Source: Trichoplax sp. H2
Taxonomy: Eukaryota
Direction: 5' to 3'
NCBI GenBank assembly: GCA_003344405.1
Contig: NOWV01000003.1
Span: forward strand, 496,001-560,000
DNA: 64,000 nucleotides
A program made the position numbers and the translations under genes. The notes under the pieces were generated by a model. It saw nothing but the letters and a program-made list of their open reading frames with translations, was not told where the DNA came from and searched no databases. How positions within the stretch are numbered: position 1 is the first letter of the stretch; each line of letters starts with the position of its first letter. This document shows positions 38,448-49,123 of the stretch, in pieces.

Positions 38448-41400
38448 ATGGCTCAGCAATCATTATATAATGAATTTATGCAAATACCGGTTATAACTAG
38501 AACATACACGACAGCTTGTGTAATAACGACTTTACTGGTGGTAGGTGCATGCATACGAGTATAATAAAGTGGTATAATATAGAAAATTATAGATCACGGT
38601 TAGCGATGGTGTTGATTTTCATATTTTCTAAATTCAAGCTTACGTAGAAAAGAATAGTCAGTACTGTATAGTCTAACAGATAAATACTGAATGTCGTTAA
38701 TTTGTTTAACTCTCATTGCGTGTGATGATGAATAACTTGAATCAAGATCCAGGAGTATTTGTTGTTTCTGATCTTAAGATATACGCGTAATTGTAATTAC
38801 ATTTGATCACCAATCAAGAAACCAGTCGAACATTACTTTTCATGCTATAGTTCTGGACTATTTTATTATTCAGATTTTACAGGGATTCTCTTCCTTTAAC
38901 ATAAGATATTTCCACCTGACGATATCGGAGTACTGTTAGAATCGTGTAGTGTGCAGGGTGTACGCTTGTGAATATCGTACGAGTTCTATACTGAACTATC
39001 ATCAACTACGTATTGGAACGCGCAGTGTGTACTATACAGTATAATAATGCAGCCACAACTACGTAGTTGATATAGTACCTAATTTTAGTTGTTCTACTAG
39101 TGGTTGGCATTCAATGTCAATACAGACAAACAGTACAGTACAGTCATGGGCTACATGTGATTATAATTATCTAGTAGTTCAATGGAACAGTTTACTCCAT
39201 AGCTTCATAGAAGTAGAAATCTCTGGTATAACGTACAGCAGATGTACAGTATGCGTTTTGCTATGGACTACTAAAAGAAAACCTAAAATGGTCCATGATT
39301 TTACGTATACAGTGTCTTACACGATTAGCATAAAAGCTGAAAACAATTAATTATATAACTGATACGTTATTTCACTTATCGAATGAATATGTTTAGTTCA
39401 TTAATGGAATCAATGTAACCAAAAATTTAAAAGTAATGTTATTTTTGAAAAAATTAAATTAACTGTTATTTTTCTTATTCTTTACAGCAACTGGATGTTG
39501 TTAGTCCTTTCCAAATATATTTTAATCATGAACTAATATTTAATCGTCTTCAGGTACAAAAGAGAAAGTGATATTCCCATATAGATCTTGTTACGCTTCT
39601 TGATAAATGCCTATTAATTAAGACGTTGAAACTGTCGTTGTTTTCTGACCACATATCTAAACTAGCTATAAATATTACGATAGAAATTAATTACGTTACT
39701 AGTAATTGGTAAGATAGACACTATCTCGGTATTTATTAACCTTATCCAAATCTACGGCACTTTATTATTCTTGCAATTGTGTACTAGAATAATGGCAAGA
39801 AATTCAAGATGTTATAAATGGACTATATATAATACTTATATATTGACTTTACACGCGTAGTAATAAATTAATGACCATTTTTACTTTACATCAAGTTCCT
39901 TATTTACTTCGCTTTCGAGTAGATTAGAAAATATATTCCCTTTGCCATGCTGTTCAATCATAGTGCATAACGTAATATACTTGTATATTGTATGGTAAAG
40001 TCCTTTCGAACGTTACAAAATGTACATTGTTCAATCGTAGACAGCTATTCAAGATTTTTGCAGTGATCTATAGTACAGTGTGCTTTGTAAGTTACAAAAT
40101 ATAGACATAGTTTAATATACCTGAAGGCAAAATATTAATACAGCAGGCCCGGATATACGGTTTAGTAACTGTATCCATATGAATATTTCCGGTTGTCTTG
40201 ACATTACCATTCTGCACTGCTGACCTTAAGATATGATTTATGATGACAACACAATAGGCATATAGTGTACGATAAATATTTCAATACTTTACTTAATATA
40301 ATATATATTCAATACTATTAGCTGGACAGGCAATATCTAGTATCATGCCAAGAATAAATTAGAGGGGCAAGAGAAGAGCATTTCTCTTCCTCAAAGACTG
40401 GAAGTTATTAGTTGCAAATGATAAAAAATTTTTTTTAATTTGATTAACATCATCATTTCAATTTTCATTTAGCTATGGAGACTATTTACCAGCTTCTTCT
40501 TTTTTGGGTATATTGGATTTAACTTTCTTTTCAACATGATATTTATGTATCCTTTCGTCCTTTTAATGTTTTTTAGAATTAAAATTTTTGTGCTATTGTA
40601 CTCGTATTAGTGTACTACAGGCTATAGCATCTGAAATATTCAGTGTACAGTATAAAGTACTTTCTACAAGTACAGTCGCAATACTGTACAGAACTATTTA
40701 CATGCTCTTCTAGATCTCCGAAGGTCTGGAAGTCCATGATATTTGTTACGATATTTTGTATATACTGTATATGATGGTGTTGTACTGTAAATGCTAGAAC
40801 CTAGAAGCCTGCTGTAATTATATTACCAATACAGAGAGTTTTATACTTTATGCTTTAATTAAGCTAAATTTACTTTTAAAAGTCGGTCTTTTTGCAATTA
40901 AACGATTTGCACCACCAGTTCGAAGGTAAAATTTTTACCACTGCGACCTGACAATTTTCTTAACGTAAATTGGATATCGATATTGTCGTATGCTGGAGGA
41001 GGGATCTTTCAGAGGAAGAACAGCAGATTTCGCTTACATGTTTATTATTGGTGGCCTTTCAACTGCTGTATCCATTATGTTCTTCTCTTCTTGTTTGATC
41101 GTCCTTGATGGATTGATTCTACTACTTTACCGATTGTTCGTAAATGTGAAATTTTTAGGTGCTATTGCTGTAGTTAGTATTACTATCATGAACAGTACTA
41201 GTACATGGACTTTACGATTACAGTACACAATTCAAATGCGATATCACGGCAATACTATCTTTACAGTTTTAGTAGCAATAATTTTGCAGAATTTCAAGAG
41301 ATATAAAGTACTCAGTAAGAGGTGTTACGATAAACGTTACGGTTTGTGATTTTGGTCGATTCTTAACCTTTATGAATAGATCTGTGGCTGTTTTACCCAG

Positions 41401-41943
41401 CTATTGTTTCTAGGTCAAGCCTTAACTCTGATGTTTGTTTATGTGTGGAGTCGACGTAATCCATTCATTTATTTGAATTTTCTTGGCATACTAACTTTCA
41501 AAGCACCATATCTTCCTTGGGTTTTACTGGGATTCTCACTCCTCCTTGGGGGCTCAGTTGTTGTAGATTTAGTCGGTAAGTTTATAAATTCATAGAGTAC
41601 CGAATTCTTTGAATTAGTTTTAAACCCACTTTGAATGAATGACTTCTAGGAATTGCTGTAGGACACGTTTATTACTTCTTAGAGGATGTTTTTCCTAATC
41701 AGCCCGGCGGGCAGCGATTACTTAAGACTCCTTCATTGTTGTAAGTTTTGTAATTTATCTAGTTATATCCGCAGTGTAATTCTGTTATCTCGCGCGAATT
41801 ACGTAAATGTAATAATTATGGATGAATGCCTTATAAGGAGATGGATATTTGAAGGAACTGTGGATCCTGCATTTGAAGCAGCACCTGAAGAAAGACCTGG
41901 CGGATTTAACTGGGGAAACCAAGAAAATCTAAACGAGCAATAG
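38448..41943 (+). CDS. DERL2: Derlin-2/3 (ERAD rhomboid pseudoprotease)
   Basis: Exons 38448-38540, 39488-39553, 40473-40546, 40974-41067, 41380-41575, 41650-41740 and 41838-41943: [13 protein letters not shown]...[12 protein letters not shown]...[24 protein letters not shown]...YVWSRRNP...APYLPWVL...[12 protein letters not shown]...RPGGFNWG (SHP box). Confidence 0.97.
39262..39297. mobile_element. 36-bp CATGGAC-family mini-element in DERL2 intron 1
   Basis: TATGGACTACTAAAAGAAAACCTAAAATGGTCCATG; 22 bp are identical to 6460-6481. Confidence 0.55.
40547..40973 (+). other. U12-type (minor spliceosome) intron with apparent GT-GG termini
   Basis: Donor GTATCCTTT; branch TTCTTAAC at 40957-40964; no AG before the exon resumes; ending at ...TTGG| restores MIFI-YRYCRM. 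Confidence 0.8.
40701..40738. mobile_element. 38-bp degenerate CATGGAC-family hairpin
   Basis: CATGCTCTTCTAGATCT ccga AGGTCTGGAAGTCCATG; flanks CTATTTA and ATATTTG. Confidence 0.4.
41068..41379 (+). other. U12-type GT-AG intron
   Basis: Donor GTATCCATT; branch TTCTTAAC at 41360-41367, 12 nt before the end of the TAG acceptor; no polypyrimidine tract. Confidence 0.8.
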
Positions 41944-42361
41944 CGTAAAAAACAGACGCTACGTATCCAATTGATAAATATATTCATATGAGACACATAC
42001 TGGATGTATTATAACTACGAATATTGTACAAGGGTATTTTCCGTTACAAACGAGTATCATATTTTAGCAGGAAGAATTGACAATCTGTCTAAACAGCATT
42101 TTTATGTGATAGTATTATTACTAATCATTGTACTATTTTGCCTATAGCCATCATAATATTACTTATAATACACAGTAATTGAGGTATTTAACATTGAACT
42201 TGTAATAAAGATTTATCCATGGCTTCCGACAGAAGTCATCAGATGTAATGAAAGTTTATTATAAAGAATATCATAATCAATAATATATAGTACAGTATAA
42301 TCTAATTACAATATGAAAGAGCTAAGAAAATTTATCAAGCTCATAAATTGAGTTAGGATTG

Positions 42362-45300
42362 CTATTTCCAGAATGATTTATCAATATGACCTTCTGCTTT
42401 TGGTATATGACGGTTCTTCAAACAGTCCTAAAGTGTAGAGAAAAATTGATTTACAGTACCAAATCGTAGGTTACTAACAGTAAAAATACTAAACATTAGT
42501 TAAAATAGTTTCTGTGATTTGTGGTTCAATGACACAGTACGTACCTGTAAAAATAGTAGCAAGCGGCTTAGAGGGCCTCGCTTACTTTTTGGAGTAACTG
42601 CTTCTAGCCTACAGATAAATCACGTTAGTATCCTCAGTAGTACTATAGATCTGCGTATTTTAATAAGAGTTCCTGCATATGCATTTTTATCTCACTTTGG
42701 GTAATATTCTTTACATATTAGTGTAATTAGCTTTCCAAATTGTTTCCCATACGTTAAGTTTAATTTATTTCCGGCAACCTTAAAAGTAAAATTCGTTCTC
42801 AATGCTTATTTATATGTCAGTTATAATAAGGCTAAAAGATGTAACTCGGGTATCCTTATGTAGAGATAAATTGTCGCATGAAGATAGTAATTGTAAAGTT
42901 GTAATATTGAGTTCTTACTTGAAGAAAATCAAATATTAGTGTTGCGGTGACATTAGGTACTGGTGGCATGTTTACTATTCTTGCTAGCCATCTCCATCCA
43001 TATTCGATACCGTGGGGATGTGCCTTCAGAAACGACATTTAGTAATATTCATTAGATGTAACTCTCATAACTTGGAATAATAAATTTCAATAATGAAACT
43101 TATCGAAGGTACTACAACAATTCTATAAACTATGTCAAGCAGATATATATATTTTACATGGGTAGGTCCCTGAGGTGGTGTACTTTGAATAATTGCAGCA
43201 TAAAGTCTGATAATACCAGACATTCGTTTAAGATATTGATCTTCATCTTCAATGTTGCCGTCCTTGACATGATATCCAAGTTTCCTTATAAAAATCACAT
43301 ATATTAGTACATCATAACTAATAATTTTAAATAGAATTACAGTAACCTAGCTGCTAAATTAGTGCAAATGTAATCATACTTGAAATATTCGATGTCATTC
43401 TGATCGGCTAGTCTTGGAATATTGAAAGGCACAGTATAAGGACATAAGGAGTAAAAATGTGCCAAAAAAAGATTTCCCATTTCAGGGTATTCACACCATA
43501 CACCAAGTGCTGTAAGAGCAATAGGAAAAGCCGATGCATGACTTGCCGATATCTGCTGATCTGCTTGTTTCTGAAGGATTAAATTATAATCCATGATTAG
43601 AATATATTTCACTTTATCCTACCCATTAGTTATGACTTCAAAACGCGATTACATAGCAAGATTTTAAGCGCTGTGTTCTTACTATAAACTTTGAAGCCAT
43701 GATATCGCGACAGAATAAAGGGCCTTCAGGGTGTGCAGTCGATGTAACAACTTTTCCTTTGCAAGTCACTTGCTTACCACTGAGGAGATTATGTAATCTT
43801 CTGATTTTGTCTAATAGATGCTCCGCGGATTGGCTTGCAATCGTATTGATTGGTGTAGTAATAGCAATAAGAAGATCAAAGCGATACTTCTTTGCCTACA
43901 ATGCATAAAGTGGTAATTACAATAGAAAAGAATTATTGAATTACAAACAAAAATAAATTATTGCTTTTAAACCAATCATTCATCACAAACCTTAGAATCA
44001 TTTACTAAATTGCTAAACGTCTGCTCATACTCTTTGTGAGACTGCATGATAGCAATATATTCTTTCCATGCATTTTTTGATATAAACTTTGGCACGTAAA
44101 TGTCTACAGTAGCAATAGAGATAGATTGCCATAATTACACTTTTGGGTGATACATTAAAGGGTATAATAAACAGATCAGGGGATATAAATAGCAAATAAA
44201 ACACTCACTACCGCTACTGCTGGTCTTAGCTTTAGTAGTTTCGTTCTTTCCATCTTCATTCTGGAATATAGAGTGAGCTATTTTAAAAGTTTTATCACAT
44301 GCAGAGAAATTATTTGTATTCATATAATTAATTAAAAAATATTATGTTGTCACGGACTTTCTTCATGGAATCATTCAATTTATTACATCCGGTCGCTAAA
44401 TTTTTTGGTAATTTCTCATTAGTTTGATCTGCCGCAGCTGCTTCCTTTTGCTTAGCGACTAGGATCTTTTCCGCCTCTAGTTCTTTCGCCTTGGTCTGCA
44501 TTATCTCTGACTCAATGATGTTACTGGCTTTTTCTACAAGCTGCTGAAGGACTTTAGCCTAACGTCCATTTAATAAGATTGAATTAAATTAAATAAGTAT
44601 AATAGTAAAGGTAATATATGAGTATAAACCGTATATAAAATTATATCTCATATATATATAAAGTGCACCTTTGATAAACAGTTTTGGACCGTGGCTACGC
44701 TCCTTTCGTCAATGCTACGAGAATTACTATCAGCTTGGGTAAGAGCTTGTTCGGCTGCTAGATGTAAATTCTTAAGTATACTAGTTATGTCTTCAGTAGA
44801 TTTCGGTAAGTGATGCAATATTTTGGATTTTTCGTAGGTATTAAAAATTTGATTTATCTTTTCTTCTATTTGCACAATTTGATAGACAGTTGTGCGCATA
44901 TGTTCTAGTAGTTTACTATAAACGTTAAAATATAAAGTTATCATTTACTTAGGGACATTTAAGAGACAGTTGTGCTTCCCTTGAAAGTACCATGTAGTGC
45001 ATCGTACATGTACATTACAGAATGCAGAACAGTTACCGTTTCTGTTTTTCAATATATTCGCTAAATTCTAATCCTTTAGAAGCTACAGATTCCAGCATCT
45101 AAGTTTACAGTAGCAGAATATGAATGCCATGCAGGTTAGACGTATCTTCACAATCGATGCAGTTCTGAACTCGTGTCACAGTCGTAATCTAAAAATTTTT
45201 TAAATTTATGTCGGTGCTCAGTTTACCTTAACATGCTCTTCTTGCTGATGGGATTGTTGCAGTTGACGAGATTTAATTTGCTGATTTCTACATTTGTAAA

Positions 45301-47101
45301 GTAAAATCGAATCAAAAAAGTTTCCAATATTTGGCGTGCAATTGAAATGTATACGTTCTAATACCTTAGTTCTTCCAGTTGCTGGGCTCGATTATTTGCT
45401 AACATCTCACGTTGTAATCTATCTTTCCTTTTTAATTCGACAGCAATTTTACTACGTTCATGTAGTGACTGTTTCATTTCCTTCATTTTTGTCATCCATG
45501 TAGCAAATTCAATCTTATTTTTAAAATGTATAGTTGTATTTAGATCAAAATTAATAGTCTAATAATAATTCACATATAAATTAATCGCTAAGGAACGCAT
45601 AAGTATTCAGAAAATTTTGAAGAAATACGGAAGCAAGGTTTTCTTAAATAATATACTGTACATCATATCGTTTTCGATGCTCCTTTGAGATTGTAGCTAG
45701 CCGTGCTTCAAAATCAACGTGAATCTCTCGTACCAATTTAGCGTCAATCAGATTTTCTTCTCGCGATAATCTATATAAAATAGTTGATAATTTTCTTTAA
45801 CTTTAATCAATATCACAAATTCATAGTTACTATGATTTAGCCCAGGATGCTGCTTAATTTATACTCGAAATTGGTCTGCATAGCTGCATTACCCTTCGTC
45901 ATCATCATCGTCTTCTTCACCACTGACCAGATATTCTGGCAATAAACCATAACTTTTATTGTAGGACTTGATATTGTTCTGCTTATCAATATCCATGTCA
46001 TGCGAATTGATATCATTAGTCGAATGTAAACCTTGATTGCATCTCTTAAAATGCACAAATGTATCCGATACTTGGCTTGCTTTCGTTAGAATGTCCTAAA
46101 AAAATGGAATTATAATGAATAAGTCGTGCTATATGCGCAGTTAGTCATTCTGTGGCAAAGGACTATGTAGAGATGATTATTATACTCTATAAGTAAGCGA
46201 GAACAACGTATTGTGATCATTTACAATAAGGTTAATTTCTTATCTTTTCTCATGTACAGATTTTTGCTTCATACACGAATAGCGCGTATAATGTAATCAT
46301 GAGATAATGTAAACAAGTCAGCTATCATGTATTTGCAAGAAGTTGGATTTAATCCTGCAACATAAAGATATTGCAATGCCACTATTTTTACATTTTAAGT
46401 CCTTGATAACAAAATATTTAGTAGTTAAAATTCTCGTATACTGCATGTTCTAGTTCTACTTACGTATGTTATGCCATCATATAATCTCATGCAATAACAG
46501 TAAATACCAGTGTACTGCATTGAATACAGTACTGTAGCTAATGCACCAATCACGATTCATAAGTATGAACAACGTAGAGTACTTTAATCTTTTTGGTGCT
46601 TTCAACTTTGTCATTTTGTCAATGAAGCTACTGCATAAATGCGAGATTGATCTCTAGAAGATTACTTATGTAAGAAAAGAGATCTTTAAAACTTCAGACG
46701 CAAGAATGTGTAGTAAAAGTTCAGATGATTGCGATATTGTGTATGACCCGTAAGTACAGTCGTCCAATATATAACATACATGCTGCAGTACTGCAGCAGT
46801 AGTACAGTATTTTTCTCGTAAATCTGCCAAGATCTCATAAATTTGTCAGAATACGTAATTTAGATCTTCTACAGAATAATTAATTAGTAAAAACCGGGTT
46901 CTAGACAACGTCAATTTAGTAAGAACTATAAGGTATAAGATGACTATAAGGCTCGTCATATAACAGTGCACGTAAGATAGTTTTTACCTTCATTCGTTGT
47001 GGATTTGTATGCCAATCATGATCGTAAACTAGCTGACCTTTAGGTGAGGTCTGAAGGTTTTCGATAATACTTGAATTATTTTGATCACATTTGGGCTTCA
47101 T
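42362..47101 (-). CDS. GLE1: mRNA export factor GLE1
   Basis: N-terminus [15 protein letters not shown], coiled-coil exons, then the C-terminal GLE1 domain: [34 protein letters not shown]...[61 protein letters not shown]. Stop at 42362-42364. Confidence 0.93.
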
Positions 47102-47624
47102 CTTGTATCACTTCACGCAAGTTCACGTTGCTGATGATCGTTCAATGACAGTGAATTATAATTATAGTCTAGGAGTATTTGTTACCGTTTCTACGCGAAG
47201 AAATAAATGACATGATGAGTAGTGAGTAAACCATAAAACTTGTAAAGCTCATCATAACACTCAATCAGATTAGGTTATCAGAAACTGTAGATTGAATTAA
47301 ATTTAATTTATATATCATTTGAGCACTTACTATACTGTACAGTAATTAGTGCAATGCTACACTAGAGATTACAAATGTACAACTTTAAGAAACTCAGACG
47401 ATAATAATATAGCTTTATTAATCTTAATGGAATAGCAAAGTATTATTTATCGACATACTGTAGTATTAAAACGGATCGCGCAATACAACTTAAAAAATTC
47501 AGCCGATAATAAAGTAGCAAAGCATTGCTAAAAATTATAATTATCGATATAGTGTTTACAGCAAACTAATGCGAGTAAAAAAAGATCACCAGCCGAATTG
47601 CAAAGGCTTGTTTCAACCCTAGGA

Positions 47625-47750
47625 CTGTATGTACTGTAAGCGTTTAAAGTTCTGCTGCATTTAGCTTTAAAGCACTGTCTACTGTATGAGTGATACTGAC
47701 ACATAACAGTACAGTACTGTACAAGTGTACAGTACATTCATGGTACAGTC
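47625..47750. repeat. Short (GTACW)n tract upstream of GLE1
   Basis: cagtacagtactgtacaagtgtacagtac. Confidence 0.75.
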
Positions 47751-49123
47751 CAGCCTTGCTTTAGATAGGACACTACTAGGCTAGGCTGGGCCAGGGACCT
47801 TCTCAAGTCGAAAAGAAAGGGCAAATAAAGCAACCGTTTCTTAGACTAGAAATTGGAAGGCCGACTATTTTATTGATTATTTTAGCTATATTGAAACTTG
47901 AGAGGTTCCTGAGTGGGCTATAGGCTTACAGAGGTCTACTGCAGTATTGAGAAATGGATTAAGGCATTAAAAATGCATCAAGAAGTCTCTGGGGGTTAGG
48001 TTTACCAAACCATAGACAGGTGTACACTGTACATACAGTAATCGAGCACGCTTATGGTACAGTAGCTTATTTATTAACAGTAATAGTTTATCGCTGTAGC
48101 TTACAATATACTCTGTACTCCTTTCCCGATAACGCTATGGAAAAGTAACCGTTTCGAACTACGTGATAGAGCGCAACTATCGGAAGACGCAAGTATATAA
48201 GTATATAAAATTGTTAATTTTCGCTCAAGGAGCTGGTGCAAAAAGGGGCAGTAAAATAAATATCCTAAGAGTTACTGTATAAACTCATCTCAGAACGCTA
48301 TGACTTGCACAGTGGGTTTACCTCACCTTTAATAAAATATTATACACGCTTATACTCTCTATATATTCTATGTATAGAAAATAGTTTGGTCCGTTTCTGT
48401 TCGTGTATCAGTTCGTAAAACAGTGAGTAGTAACTCATGAATGAATTAATTAATATATAACATCGTATAACTGCGCATATTCACATCCTTATATCAAATT
48501 TATCAAACTGTAGAAAGCTTACTATTGCTTAAATGCATATAGCCCGTTTGCATATGCAAGTCTCTAACCCTTACTGTATATTTTAAAATTGCATAACGTA
48601 TTTTATTTTTATATAAGGAATAACGTTTCGCTTATCTAAACTTTACATGCTTTATGGATATCGTGATTACTATTCGGTAATTTGAAAACAGATATACAGA
48701 TATTGATGAGCGAAATTACAGTACAGTACATATTATTTAAGTTATAGTTGCTTCACAATCTGAGGGCTATATCTTGCACAGTACCTGTGTACACGTTGTA
48801 AAAGCCATACAAATTTTTCTTACGATTTGTGGTTAGTAAAATCATAATTACATTGCTACAACAAGGATCAATTGTGAACGCATTTTATTGTCTACACTTT
48901 TATACAGGCATTGATATTATTACATTAGGAGCGTATACAGTAATTACAGCGCTGATAGTTAACAATACATGCACCGTATAATTATATACATCTATACTCG
49001 TATTTAAATTGTGCATAGAATATACGATGGCGTAACAGATAACGTGATTAAGAATTACAAGTAACCATAGTGGCCATTTTTGATACTTCTTTGCAAGATT
49101 GGCTTATTACAAGAAGTTTCTAA

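Noticed and set aside
38722..38771. C-box (GTGATGA) and D-box (CTGA) in DERL2 intron 1
   Set aside because: Only about 50 nt, with no terminal stem and no recognisable guide; not enough to call a snoRNA.
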